DNA of 64,000 bases. Origin: Anaerolineales bacterium (GTDB taxonomy: Bacteria; Chloroflexota; Anaerolineae; Anaerolineales; UBA11858). Of the stretch, positions 36,001 through 45,652 are shown piece after piece. The stretch lies in contig JANQED010000132.1 of NCBI GenBank assembly GCA_028278545.1, positions 218,874-282,873 on the forward strand, written 5' to 3'. The position numbers and the translations under genes are program-made. Positions within the stretch are counted from its first letter, which is position 1, and every line of letters begins with the position of its first letter. The notes beneath the pieces are model-generated. The model ran no database searches, had not been told where the DNA came from, and saw only the letters and a program-made list of their open reading frames with translations.

Positions 36001-38578
36001 ACGCATTTCTCAAACAATACCAGAGGAATTTCAACGTTACGCTAACCCACACCTGCCGGACACCCAATCCGAGATAGCTTTGCCATTGATAAGTCGCGGC
36101 AAGGTGATCGGCGCGATGACCATTCAAAGCGTTGAACCCGAGGCATTCTCCGAACAAGCAATATCCGTTTTTCAAACGATGTCCGACCAAGTAGCCAATG
36201 CGCTACAAAATGCTTACCTGTTCGATCAAATCCAGCAGAACGCCGCTGAACTATCAATTCTCAATGAAATGAGCCTGGCGCTCAGCCGGCAGTTAGATAT
36301 CGACGAAATCATCCAAACAATTCATCAATACACTTCGCAGTTAATGGATACCACTTATTTCTTCATCGCCCTATACGACGCCGATGAGGAAATGATCTCC
36401 TTCCCCTTGGTTATCGAGAATAATGAATTCAGTCAAATCCCTACCATGCATAAACGTCGCGGGCTCACCCAGCACGTAATCGATAGCAGGGAACCGCTGC
36501 TCATTGATGAAAATATCGAGGAGGCAATCAAAGACCTGGGTCTCGAGGAAATTATTGTCGGGGAACCGACCAAATCCTGGCTGGGCGTCCCCCTGCTGAT
36601 TGGTGGCAAAGTGTTGGGTGTGATCGCCGCACAAAGCGCCACCAAACCCAGAATGTTCAATACCCATCACCAGGATCTGCTAATTTTGGTCGCCCAACAG
36701 TCCGCCATTGCTCTCCAAAACGCCCAATTATTCGCCCAGACACAAAAACAGTTGGCGGATATCTCCACGATCCAGGAGACCACTGCGGACCTCAGCGCAG
36801 CACTGACCCTCGATGGTGTAATCAACACACTTTTGGCACATATGGCCTTGGCCGTAAGCGCTGACGCTGTCAGCATATTCTCCATCGACGGTACGCGGCT
36901 TACCCGTGTGGGTATATATCCCCCAGGAGAAAGCTCCCCGTTAATGGGCAAGGTCATCTCACTAGCAGATTACCCTCTAACACAACAGGTCATCGATACA
37001 CAGAAGCCTTTGGCTGTATCTGGAGATGACGAGAGGCTTCAAAAGCACGCTCAGGACGCTTTCAAGGTAGCAGGCGTCGCTGCCAATGCCACCATCCCCA
37101 TTGTAGGTCCCGAAGGAGTATTAGGCACGGTCTCAGTCAGCCGCAATCATCCTGCTGCCAATTTCTCCGAGTCCGAACTTGCTCTGATGGAAACATTAGC
37201 CAATCAGGCCGCGGTAGCGATCCTCAATGCCCGCTCTTATGAACGGGTTCAAGAGGTGGCCGAGGAGATGTCCATGCTCTTCGATATCAGCCAGGAACTT
37301 ACTGCCGCGCCACTGGGAATTATTGAACTGGCAAATGTAATCGCCAGAAATTTTCTTGATGTCCTTTCCTTTCCAGAGTGTTCGATCTCCATATTCAATC
37401 CTGAGGAAAACACCCTGGAAACGGTGATCGATCTACATGCATACGAAAGCGAAATAGTGATTAGTGACGAACATATTGGAACAGAATATACACTAAATAA
37501 TTACCCAGCTACTGCCCGAGTGATCAAAACACTGCAACCCACAGTAGTTCATGCCAGCGATTCCAATGCTGACCCCGCTGAATTGGCCTATATGAAAGAA
37601 ACCGAAACCACCACGCTCGTCATCCTGCCATTGGCAGTGAAAGGTCATGCAATTGGCATCGTAGAACTGGAGAGCGAGGCTGAAGAAATACATTACACAC
37701 AATCAGAGTTGAATCTGGCTATGACCCTTGCCAACCAGGCCGCAGTAGCGCTTGATAACGCTCGCCTCTACGAAGAACAGATAGAGATCACCGAACAACT
37801 GCGCGAGTTGGATAAACTGAAGTCACAATTCCTGGCTAACATGTCCCATGAGCTGCGCACACCGCTCAACTCCATCATCGGCTTTTCGCGAGTGATCATG
37901 AAAGGGATCGATGGCCCAGTCACAGAACAGCAGACGCAGGACCTTTCAGCGATCTATACTGCCGGGCAACACTTGTTGAACATGATCAACGATATCCTGG
38001 ATCTCTCCAAGATCGAAGCTGGCAAGATGGAATTGGCTTTCGAAGATGTTGACTTAACCCAAATTATCGAGAGCGTAATGTCAACCGCCCGAGGGTTGAT
38101 AAAAGAAAAACCCGTAGAATTACGCACTGACATTCCCAAGGAGCTGCCTGTCATCCACGCAGACCCAACCCGCGTTCGGCAAATCCTACTCAACTTGCTC
38201 TCCAACGCAGCCAAGTTCACCGATGAGGGCCACATCACCATAACAGCCCAAAAACAGACTGGCGCAAGCGGACGCCCTGAAATCCAAATTGCCGTGACAG
38301 ACACAGGGATTGGCATTGCCCTCGAGGATCAACAGAATCTCTTCGAGCCTTTTACCCAGGTCGATGGGTCGGCCACTCGCAAGACCGGCGGGACTGGTTT
38401 GGGTCTTTCGATCACACGCCTGCTGGTCAACCTGCATGACGGTCAAATCGGTATCGACAGTAAACCGGGGGCAGGGAGCACATTCTCTTTCACACTCCCT
38501 GTTGCGCAAGATGGGGAAATCCCCGATGATGAATCGGTAAAGGAAAGCGACTCATTACTGCAAAACGGATCAAATTGA
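33017..38578 (+). CDS. giant sensor histidine kinase (Cache-like periplasmic domain, HAMP, about seven GAF domains, HisKA, HATPase_c)
   Basis: 1853 aa. TM1 (LIPISLVPLLIMGGIAYV), an extracytoplasmic domain of about 260 aa, TM2 and HAMP (DDEIGLLAYSFNQMADEL). There are repeated GAF ends of the type WLGVPL..G..IGxIAxQS...LLxxLAxQxAxAxxNAxLF. H-box SHELRTPLNSIIG, N/G boxes LLSNAAKFT and DTGIGI..GGTGLGLSI. Confidence 0.9.
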   Translation: MSQAIPASTPDFRGKLARKMLTVLIPISLVPLLIMGGIAYVRSRQILVNQIENTLVSIEKHQRSEIDIWIEARKERVNEFYFDPTIVEAFQTVNQLSNSENPRFNAARELILTSLEEINATEDLIHQFFVISSDGKILVASNQHYEGTQLIDTPYFEQLSTEHALLAVYKPEPIYHSLAIIAARPYYTIDGEHLVTIWGLTGFSHFEALFNDFSFLGIRNYIITEDGSYVGMGSNIKEDTDGPVFQPSAEQTQLFASKQYDTSSNVVEFTSFDGQEVMAAYMPIPELKADLVIEIPTTNIIQQLQNLPYFGVLLAFTILISGLLTWVGTRRIVRPILEVVASAEHFSEGDWQKRALVNSDDEIGLLAYSFNQMADELSTLYRTLETQIITRTQQVRTTSEITQIATSATDLDTLLQQAIRLIVERFGYYYAAIYLLDEAKENAVLKDAFSVIEGGQMQLGSQRLPVGEGSIIGQVSATNQFYVAADVSEDPYYLPVSDLPDTRSEVVIPLSVGDNVIGVLDVQSHRVNAFEADSIATLQTLANQIATVLQNFHLLEFARVDLRATSALYQASHTIAEAETSIDVLQALVATLGQTPFISALFQVEEDSLISLSMADPVRGVDIPQTASTIPISAHEMAEIFENTALVIGTESDPTENFPSKLLDVPRKLGCQSFAFLPIMPNKQLEALLVLGAVDITRLTRIALEPYISLAEITRTALEKVDALERIQQRLVELETISKVGQTISTEIDLNSLYDVIYRQITRVMGDVVFLIAAYHAEKNMIEVPYLVEEGEVNSIDPFPFGQGLSSIVIRTQQPLMLVEDTANRSQALGAVVTESGFPKSWLGVPLMVANQCIGAIAVQDLEHEHRFGDDDIRLLGTLASQVAIAIRNARLFEQIRTRSTQLQTAAEISRAASSILEPNPLLLQAVNLIRDRFDLYYAGIFIIDEDGSLTGETGRWAVLRAGSGEAGRIQVEQGHKLEIGEESMIGQCIVSSQARISQTIPEEFQRYANPHLPDTQSEIALPLISRGKVIGAMTIQSVEPEAFSEQAISVFQTMSDQVANALQNAYLFDQIQQNAAELSILNEMSLALSRQLDIDEIIQTIHQYTSQLMDTTYFFIALYDADEEMISFPLVIENNEFSQIPTMHKRRGLTQHVIDSREPLLIDENIEEAIKDLGLEEIIVGEPTKSWLGVPLLIGGKVLGVIAAQSATKPRMFNTHHQDLLILVAQQSAIALQNAQLFAQTQKQLADISTIQETTADLSAALTLDGVINTLLAHMALAVSADAVSIFSIDGTRLTRVGIYPPGESSPLMGKVISLADYPLTQQVIDTQKPLAVSGDDERLQKHAQDAFKVAGVAANATIPIVGPEGVLGTVSVSRNHPAANFSESELALMETLANQAAVAILNARSYERVQEVAEEMSMLFDISQELTAAPLGIIELANVIARNFLDVLSFPECSISIFNPEENTLETVIDLHAYESEIVISDEHIGTEYTLNNYPATARVIKTLQPTVVHASDSNADPAELAYMKETETTTLVILPLAVKGHAIGIVELESEAEEIHYTQSELNLAMTLANQAAVALDNARLYEEQIEITEQLRELDKLKSQFLANMSHELRTPLNSIIGFSRVIMKGIDGPVTEQQTQDLSAIYTAGQHLLNMINDILDLSKIEAGKMELAFEDVDLTQIIESVMSTARGLIKEKPVELRTDIPKELPVIHADPTRVRQILLNLLSNAAKFTDEGHITITAQKQTGASGRPEIQIAVTDTGIGIALEDQQNLFEPFTQVDGSATRKTGGTGLGLSITRLLVNLHDGQIGIDSKPGAGSTFSFTLPVAQDGEIPDDESVKESDSLLQNGSN

Positions 38579-38582
38579 GCCA

Positions 38583-39536
38583 TTGATGGCAAATCTACGC
38601 ACTAAGGGAATCGTAGCAGCCCTGTCATCAGCAGTTTTCTTAGGAATGGCCCCTGTTTTGGGGAGGCGCGCAATCCTTTTAGGAGCCGCTCCTTTAACCG
38701 TAGTCGCCATTCGCACCCTTCTGGCGGCTCTTTTATTACTGCTGATCATCGCCATTTTTAAACGGCAATACCTGTACATTTATCCTGCTGGCCTGTTAGG
38801 GTGTCTTCTAGCCGGGTGGATAAACGGTCTCGGCTCACTGTTTTACTACAGCGCATTAGGGAGGATCGATGCCGGGGTTGGTCAACTCTTATACTCGCTC
38901 TACCCGCTCTTTGTGGCCTTTTGGCTATTTCTCGATAAACATCCCCCCAGCCGCCTGACAATACTGCGCCTAGGGTTGACAATCCCCGCAGTTTACTTAC
39001 TGACTCAAGCTGGTCAGACAGCCATCGACCCAATTGGGGTGATACAAATGCTAATTGGTGCAGCCCTCTACGCCCTGCACCTGCCCATCAATCAAAGAGT
39101 GCTCTTTGACATGCCAGCACCGACGGTCACTGTCTACACTTTGTTGGCAATGAGCGCAGTTGTCGCTCCCGTGTTATTCTTCGCCCCAATCAACGTCGTT
39201 CCGCCCAATTTTGATGTTTGGTGGCCAATCATGGGCTTGACCCTGGTGACATTCTTATCACGTTTGACACTCTTCCTGGGAGTGAAACACATCGGCGGCA
39301 TGCAAACCGCCATTTTAGGGCTGGGCGAAGTATTGATTACTATCGTGATGGCACAAGTTTGGCTGGGGGAAACAATGAGCGCGTGGCAGTGGCTGGGAAC
39401 CCTGCTGCTCTGTCTGAGCCTGGTTCTGATTGGCGCGGAAAAACCCCCTCCTAAAAAGAAATCGCCGGGCGGCTGGCTGAGTTGGTTAAGTCACCCCTCT
39501 ATTTCCAGTGATCTCCCGTGGAATCCATACGAGTGA
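38583..39536 (+). CDS. EamA/DMT superfamily transporter
   Basis: 317 aa, about 10 TM helices in two EamA-like halves. Starts 5 nt after the kinase stop. Confidence 0.8.
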   Translation: MMANLRTKGIVAALSSAVFLGMAPVLGRRAILLGAAPLTVVAIRTLLAALLLLLIIAIFKRQYLYIYPAGLLGCLLAGWINGLGSLFYYSALGRIDAGVGQLLYSLYPLFVAFWLFLDKHPPSRLTILRLGLTIPAVYLLTQAGQTAIDPIGVIQMLIGAALYALHLPINQRVLFDMPAPTVTVYTLLAMSAVVAPVLFFAPINVVPPNFDVWWPIMGLTLVTFLSRLTLFLGVKHIGGMQTAILGLGEVLITIVMAQVWLGETMSAWQWLGTLLLCLSLVLIGAEKPPPKKKSPGGWLSWLSHPSISSDLPWNPYE

Positions 39537-39555
39537 ACGTGGGGTCATCCCACAA

Positions 39556-40341
39556 TCACTCAGGAACCTCGGCGTCAAACACATAACCAATCCCCCTCAC
39601 GCTTGAAATCCACTTCTCGCCTCTGGGGAATGACGACAATTTGCGCCGTAAACGGCTTATCAGCGGCCGCAGAACCTCTGGCGCCTCCCATTCAGGGACT
39701 TCATATCCCTGCACCAAAAACACCAGATCACCATGAGACAATACCCGGCCCCAATTGGTGACGAAGATTTCCAGCAGCTTGCCCTCGGTGGGGGTCAGGC
39801 GTTCCCTGGTTGGACCACGCCAAATTTCTCGTCTGGCGAGATCAAGACTGACTCCTTCAGGCAACGGAACAACTTGACGCTTGGGTTTTGGCGGCGCAGT
39901 GATCCCTTCCACGTCTTTCAGCTGTATTACCGAATCCTCAATTTGCCCCAACAACATCCGCTTGCGCTTGCTTTCATCACGCTGCGCAAGACCACTCGCC
40001 ACACTGCTGAGCACTTCCTGCCTGCTGGGAGGTTTTTGAAGGAAATCATGGGCCTCATGACGAAAAGCTTCAATGGCGGTCTCCATTGAACCATGGCCCG
40101 TCAGCATAATGACCTGGGTATCCGGCGAGACATCCCCAGCTTTCTTCAATACCTGGATACCATCGATATCAGGCATACGAATATCTAATAACATTAAATC
40201 AATATCACCCTCAGCTAATGTATCGATTGCTGCCTGTCCGTCCCCTGCCGTAAGTACATCATAATTCTCGGTACGCAATATTTCCGACAACGACTTTCGG
40301 GTGATTTCGTCATCATCTACTACGAGAATCTTTGTGCCCAT
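39556..40341 (-). CDS. OmpR-type response regulator with extended inter-domain linker
   Basis: Receiver (KILVVDDDE, LMLLDIRMPDIDG, VIMLTGHG, DFLQKP). A linker of about 50 aa. Winged-helix output (LTPTEGKLLEIF...RLRRKL...ISSVRGIGYVF). Confidence 0.85.
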   Translation of the reverse strand: MGTKILVVDDDEITRKSLSEILRTENYDVLTAGDGQAAIDTLAEGDIDLMLLDIRMPDIDGIQVLKKAGDVSPDTQVIMLTGHGSMETAIEAFRHEAHDFLQKPPSRQEVLSSVASGLAQRDESKRKRMLLGQIEDSVIQLKDVEGITAPPKPKRQVVPLPEGVSLDLARREIWRGPTRERLTPTEGKLLEIFVTNWGRVLSHGDLVFLVQGYEVPEWEAPEVLRPLISRLRRKLSSFPRGEKWISSVRGIGYVFDAEVPE

Positions 40342-40676
40342 ACTAAAGCCTCCTAGGTACAGTGAATTTCAGAGTTGAGGGCCCGGGAACGAGCAATAGA
40401 GTTTATCATCACCCCAAGATAAGTCGATATATTTCCACGAACCCCAGGTATGATAACCAATCTCTGCTTGATATGCTTATCGTAAGTTGACATTCTAGCG
40501 GGATATTATAAGCTATATTTTATTTAAATGTAGCTAGAATCTGAAACAATTATCCTATCAATTGGCAACATTCAACCGCTCAGGTCATCCCACCACGCAA
40601 GAATGCAAGGGAAATTCTCAATCGTGATATACTTCCCAAAACGACGCTATCTTCTCTTCCCCTGGAGGCCCGAAAA

Positions 40677-41606
40677 ATGAAAGATTTTCTAACCGTTGCT
40701 GATTATTCACCCGAAACTCTGCAAGCATTGCTCGATTCAGCCGTCCAACTCAAAGAGGAGTGGAAAAGTGGGGGCAACAAACCGATCTTCAAGGACAAAG
40801 TGTTGGCAATGATCTTCCAGAAACCCAGCCTGCGCACACGCGTCTCTTTCGATATGGCCATGCGCCATTTCGGTGGTGACGCCCTCTATCTGTCGCCAGC
40901 AGAGATAGGGTTGGGCAAGCGTGAATCCATCGCAGATGTAGCCCGCGTTGTATCAGGGTATGTAGACGCGATCATGGCGCGCGTTTTCGATCACGCCCAT
41001 GTCGAAGAGCTTGCCAAATGGGCCAGCATCCCCGTCATCAACGGTTTGAGTGACTACAATCACCCCTGCCAGGCCATGGCCGATGCCCTGACAATTTATG
41101 AAGAATTTGGCAAGATGAAAGGGCTAAACGTAAGCTATGTAGGCGATGGCAACAATGTGGCAGTGTCGTTGATGCACGTCTGCGCAAAATTAGGTGCCAA
41201 CTTCACCATAGGCAACCCTGTAGGCTACGACATGCCTGCAAGTGCCATTGAGTTGGGGAAACAACTCGCAACTGAGAGCGGAAGCACGATCACACTGCTG
41301 AACGACGCTCGTGAGGCCGTCAAAAACGCGCACGTAATCTACACCGACACCTGGACCAGCATGGGGCAGGAAGAAGAAACTAAGAAACGCCAACAGGCTT
41401 TCCCACCTTATCAGGTGAATGAAGCGCTGGTAGCCGGTGCCGAAGATAACGTGATTGTGATGCACTGTCTACCCGCTCACCGGGGTGAAGAGATCACCAA
41501 TGAGGTCGCCGACGGCCCCCACTCCAGGCTGTTCCCTCAAGCGCATAATCGCCTTCATGCACAGAAGGCGATTCTGGTAAAGTTAATTGGACCGTCGGGT
41601 AGTTAA
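40677..41606 (+). CDS. argF: ornithine carbamoyltransferase
   Basis: Carbamoyl-phosphate motif ([12 protein letters not shown]), ornithine-binding motifs (DTWTSMG and [10 protein letters not shown]). Confidence 0.93.
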   Translation: MKDFLTVADYSPETLQALLDSAVQLKEEWKSGGNKPIFKDKVLAMIFQKPSLRTRVSFDMAMRHFGGDALYLSPAEIGLGKRESIADVARVVSGYVDAIMARVFDHAHVEELAKWASIPVINGLSDYNHPCQAMADALTIYEEFGKMKGLNVSYVGDGNNVAVSLMHVCAKLGANFTIGNPVGYDMPASAIELGKQLATESGSTITLLNDAREAVKNAHVIYTDTWTSMGQEEETKKRQQAFPPYQVNEALVAGAEDNVIVMHCLPAHRGEEITNEVADGPHSRLFPQAHNRLHAQKAILVKLIGPSGS

Positions 41607-41654
41607 AAAGCGCACCAGATTGCCAAGCGACCCAACTTACACACGAGGTAACTG

Positions 41655-42749
41655 ATGAATATCTGCATTCCAAAAGAGCGCCGGGATTCTGAATATCGCG
41701 TCGGTCTGACTCCCGCGGCCATTCGTTTGCTCACCGATGATGGACATACCTGCTATGTTGAGCACGAAGCCGGTTTAGGGAGCGGATTCAGCGATTATGA
41801 CTACCAACAAGCCGGGGGGCAAATCGTCTACAGCGGCGAAGAAATCTACGGGCGGGCGGATCTGCTCGTCAAAGTGGCCCGACCAACCCAGGTCGAATTC
41901 GATTGGATGCGCGAGGATCAAACCGTGGCGGGATTTCTGCATCTGGCCGCGGGGCAATCGAGCAAAATCGAGGCACTGCTGGAGAAGAAGATCACCGCTT
42001 TAGGGTTAGAAATCATTCAAGACGATGACGGTTGTCTCCCGGTGATGACTCCCGTGAGTCAGGCCGGGGGGCGGATGGTCCCCCAGGTGGCAGCCACATT
42101 GTCTCAGAACAACTTCGGGGGCAAAGGAATCCTGCTCAGCGGTACACCAGGCGTCCCCCCCGCGGAGGTCGTCATCCTGGGCGGTGGTACTGCCGGAAGT
42201 GCAGCAGCGCGCAATTTCCTCGGCCTGGGTGCGGCTGTCTACATCCTCGACCGCGATCTCGAAAGGCTGCGCGAGTTGGACCAACGATTCCAGGGGCGAG
42301 TAGTCACCATGGTTTCGCACCCCTTCAACTTGGAAAGAGTCTGTCGGTTTGCAGATGTCTTAGTCGGCGCGGTGCTGATCCCCGGAGCTCGCACGCCTGT
42401 GCTCATCAACCGGGAGATGGTCAAATCGATGCGGCCTCGCTCGGTGATCATCGATCTCTCTATCGACCAGGGCGGCTGTATCGAGACCAGCCGGCCAACC
42501 ACCCACAGCAACCCTACTTATATAGAAGAAGAAATCATCCACTATTGTGTTCCCAACATGACCGGCGTCTTAGGGCGAACCGCAACCCACGCTTTGAACA
42601 ACGCTTCCTGGCCTTATGTGCAGATGATCGCCGAGATTGGATTAGAGAAAGCCCTGGAGGTAAGCCCCAGTTTGAAACGCGGCCTATACACCCACCAAGG
42701 TGAGATCCTGCAATCGACGCTGCGAGACTCGCTGGAAGGGAGGCAATAG
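41655..42749 (+). CDS. alanine dehydrogenase/PNT-family NAD(H)-dependent dehydrogenase
   Basis: N-terminus (IPKERRDSEYRVGLTPAAIRLL) and Rossmann motif (VVILGGGTAGSAAA) match the AlaDH/PNT family. Substrate not determinable from sequence alone. Confidence 0.75.
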   Translation: MNICIPKERRDSEYRVGLTPAAIRLLTDDGHTCYVEHEAGLGSGFSDYDYQQAGGQIVYSGEEIYGRADLLVKVARPTQVEFDWMREDQTVAGFLHLAAGQSSKIEALLEKKITALGLEIIQDDDGCLPVMTPVSQAGGRMVPQVAATLSQNNFGGKGILLSGTPGVPPAEVVILGGGTAGSAAARNFLGLGAAVYILDRDLERLRELDQRFQGRVVTMVSHPFNLERVCRFADVLVGAVLIPGARTPVLINREMVKSMRPRSVIIDLSIDQGGCIETSRPTTHSNPTYIEEEIIHYCVPNMTGVLGRTATHALNNASWPYVQMIAEIGLEKALEVSPSLKRGLYTHQGEILQSTLRDSLEGRQ

Positions 42750-42753
42750 CGTT

Positions 42754-44049
42754 ATGAGCTGGGTCGAACAATATAAAAGCAAAGTCGTAACCGCTGATGA
42801 AGCCGTCAAAGCGATCCAATCTAGGAATCGCATCTTCCTGACTGGTAACTGCTCCGTGCCTTCAACTGTTCTGGCAGCCCTTGTCGATTATGCTCCTAAC
42901 CTGGAAGATGTGGAAATCTGCCAGGCGCTGACCATCGGTTCAGCTGACTATGTGAAACCTGAGATGGAAGGGCACTTGCGGGTGAACACCATGTTCATCA
43001 GCCCCAACAACCGTACCGCCGTTCAGGCTGGGCGGGCGGACTTCACGCCGGTACTGCTCTCAGAGTTTACCCTGCTCTTCAAAGAAGGGCACCTGCCCGT
43101 CGATGTGGCCCTGGTGCACCTTTCCCCCCCGGACGAACACGGCTTTTGCAGTTTTGGCATCGAAGTGGGCCTGAGCAAAAGCCCGGCAGAGTCGGCCAAG
43201 ATCATCATCGCCGAGGTCAACGAGCAAATGCCTCGCACCCTTGGGGATTCCTTCATCCACGTCAGCAAACTGGATTATATCGTCCCGGTAAACTACGACC
43301 TTCCCGAACTGGGCCTGGGCGGGGAAGGGCCAAGCGAAATCGTCGAGAATATCGCCAGCCATATTGCTGAATTGATCCCCGATGGCGCTACCATGCAGAT
43401 GGGCATCGGCGCGATCCCTGACGCGGTGCTGAAATACCTTTATGACAAGAAGGATTTAGGCGTTCATACAGAGCTATTCTCAGACGGCGTTATCGACCTG
43501 GTCGATGCCGGGGTGCTGACCAACGCCCAAAAGAGCCTCCACCAGGGAAAGATCATCGCCGGATTCATCATAGGGACCAAGAAACTGTATGAGTGGGTGC
43601 ACAACAACCCGCTGATCGAATTCCATCGCACGGAATATGTCAACGACCCCTTCGTGATCGCCCAAAATGAACGTATGGTGGCAGTCAACTCGGCCATCGA
43701 GGTCGATCTCACCGGGCAGGTCTGCGCCGACAGCATCGGCCCAAAATTGTACAGCGGCGTCGGCGGTCAACTGGATTTCATTTATGGGGCATCCCGCTCA
43801 GAAGGTGGGGTACCGATTATCGCCCTCCCCAGCAAAGCAAAAGACTTCAGCCGCATTGTGCCTCTGCTCAAACATGGCGCCGGGGTTGTCACTTCACGAA
43901 ATCACGTTCATTATGTTGTCACCGAATACGGCGTCGCTGACCTGTACGGCAAGACCATTCGCCAACGGGCGCAGGCCCTGATCGATGTTGCCCACCCAGA
44001 TTTCCGCGCTGACTTGAAGAAACAAGCCCAAGAACTGCACTATATTTAG
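42754..44049 (+). CDS. acetyl-CoA hydrolase/transferase family protein (4-hydroxybutyrate CoA-transferase-like)
   Basis: Start at ATG 42754 (GGAAGGGAGG RBS). The 42700 start in the ORF track overlaps the previous gene. Family motifs GIGAIPDAV, ELFSDG, GVGGQLDF and VVTEYGVADLYGK. Confidence 0.85.
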   Translation: MSWVEQYKSKVVTADEAVKAIQSRNRIFLTGNCSVPSTVLAALVDYAPNLEDVEICQALTIGSADYVKPEMEGHLRVNTMFISPNNRTAVQAGRADFTPVLLSEFTLLFKEGHLPVDVALVHLSPPDEHGFCSFGIEVGLSKSPAESAKIIIAEVNEQMPRTLGDSFIHVSKLDYIVPVNYDLPELGLGGEGPSEIVENIASHIAELIPDGATMQMGIGAIPDAVLKYLYDKKDLGVHTELFSDGVIDLVDAGVLTNAQKSLHQGKIIAGFIIGTKKLYEWVHNNPLIEFHRTEYVNDPFVIAQNERMVAVNSAIEVDLTGQVCADSIGPKLYSGVGGQLDFIYGASRSEGGVPIIALPSKAKDFSRIVPLLKHGAGVVTSRNHVHYVVTEYGVADLYGKTIRQRAQALIDVAHPDFRADLKKQAQELHYI

Positions 44050-44062
44050 GTCGGAGAAAAGT

Positions 44063-45499
44063 ATGAACCGCCGCGCAAAAATCGTCGCTACAATCGGCCC
44101 CGCCTGCCAGGATGAACACGCCATCCAACGCCTGATCTCCGCTGGGATGAACGTAGCCCGGATTAATTTCTCACACGGCAAATACGAGGATCATGCTCAA
44201 TCCATCGAGCGCTTGCGCTGGGCATCCCGGGAGCTTGATCAGCCCATCACCATCTTGCAAGATTTGCAGGGCCCCAAAATCCGCACCGGCGAACTGGCTA
44301 TGGGGGAAGTCGATCTGGTGGCCGGGCAAACGCTGAGGCTGACGACGGAGGACGTTCCTGGGGACGCGCAGCGCGTGTCGGTAGATTACCCTGACCTGCC
44401 TCGCAGCGTGCAAGTTGGGGGCCGGATTTTGCTCGACGACGGCAACCTGGAATTACAGGTCAAAGCCCTGGGGAAGGAGTCCATAGAGACCGAGGTGATC
44501 CTGGGAGGCACACTCAAACCCCATAAAGGAGTCAACCTCCCCGGGGCAGACCTGAGCCTCCGGGCATTCACCGAGAAAGACAAGGCCGATTTGGCATTCG
44601 GCCTGGAGCAAGGGGTGGATGCCATCGCCCTATCTTTCGTGCGATCAACAAAGGATATCAGTCGTTTACGCCAGGCCATCGCCAGTCAGGCTGCCGATCA
44701 ATGCCATATCTCTGTCATCGCAAAACTAGAACGACCCGAGGCCCTGGACAACCTGCATGAGATTATCCACGCCGCGGACGGGGTGATGGTGGCGCGTGGG
44801 GATTTAGGGGTGGAACTGCCCCCAGAGAGGGTGCCCATCGAGCAGAAGCGCATTATCCAAATGGCAAACCAGCACGCCAAGCTGGTCATCACAGCAACGC
44901 AAATGCTCGAGTCGATGATGAACAACCCCCGCCCCACGAGAGCCGAGGCTTCTGATGTGGCCAACGCTATCTTCGACGGCAGCGATGCGGTGATGCTCTC
45001 GGGAGAGACCGCGGTGGGGCGTTATCCCATCAAATCAGTGGAGATGATGAGTTCGGTCATCTGCCAGGCGGAAGCCCATATGCGCGAATGGGGCCATGAT
45101 GAGATCCGCATCAGCGAGGATTTCCCCCACGATGACGCACTTTTTATCACCCGCGCCGCCAATGAAATGGCGCGTGACAAAGAAGTAGCTGCTGTGGCGG
45201 TATTCACCCAAAGCGGGCGCACCGCACGTCTGATGTCAAAAGCGCGGCCAGGCGTGCCAATTATCGCCTTCACGCCTGAGGAATGCACTTACCAGCAGAT
45301 GAGCATGTTGTGGGGCGTGACCCCCCACCTAGTACCCCATTCCGAAACCGTTGAAGATATGCTCGTCCACGTCGAGGCGGCTTTAATCGCCGAGACCTCT
45401 ATCCGCCCCGGGCAGGAAGTTGTCTTGATCGCCGGATTTCCAATTGGGGCGCGAGGGCCAGCCAATTTCGCTTTACTGCATACTATTGGAAAGCGGTAA
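44063..45499 (+). CDS. pyk: pyruvate kinase
   Basis: KIVATIGPA, MNVARINFSHG, MVARGDLGVE, ATQMLESM. Confidence 0.95.
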   Translation: MNRRAKIVATIGPACQDEHAIQRLISAGMNVARINFSHGKYEDHAQSIERLRWASRELDQPITILQDLQGPKIRTGELAMGEVDLVAGQTLRLTTEDVPGDAQRVSVDYPDLPRSVQVGGRILLDDGNLELQVKALGKESIETEVILGGTLKPHKGVNLPGADLSLRAFTEKDKADLAFGLEQGVDAIALSFVRSTKDISRLRQAIASQAADQCHISVIAKLERPEALDNLHEIIHAADGVMVARGDLGVELPPERVPIEQKRIIQMANQHAKLVITATQMLESMMNNPRPTRAEASDVANAIFDGSDAVMLSGETAVGRYPIKSVEMMSSVICQAEAHMREWGHDEIRISEDFPHDDALFITRAANEMARDKEVAAVAVFTQSGRTARLMSKARPGVPIIAFTPEECTYQQMSMLWGVTPHLVPHSETVEDMLVHVEAALIAETSIRPGQEVVLIAGFPIGARGPANFALLHTIGKR

Positions 45500-45592
45500 A
45501 CACCATTTCCTCGACAAACTTGTGCAACAACAACATCCATCAGCCAATTACAACACCAAGTCGCAGAAGCGGCTATAATATACGAAATCTAG

Positions 45593-45621
45593 AGTCCCCT
45601 CCTACAAGGGGACTTTCGCTT
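45593..45621 (+). terminator. hairpin + T-rich tail between pyk and the HD-domain gene (terminator or 5' leader stem)
   Basis: Perfect 8-bp stem AGTCCCCT/AGGGGACT, 6-nt loop, then TTCGCTT. A TATAAT hexamer sits at 45574..45579, so the hairpin could instead be the 5' end of the next transcript. Confidence 0.4.
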
Positions 45622-45652
45622 ACCGACAATCTGCCGGTCTACCAAAGTTCCC

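Noticed and set aside
42032-42703. 223-aa + strand ORF within the AlaDH-family gene
   Set aside because: It is an alternative frame. The extreme Arg/Pro/Gly content is characteristic of off-frame translation.
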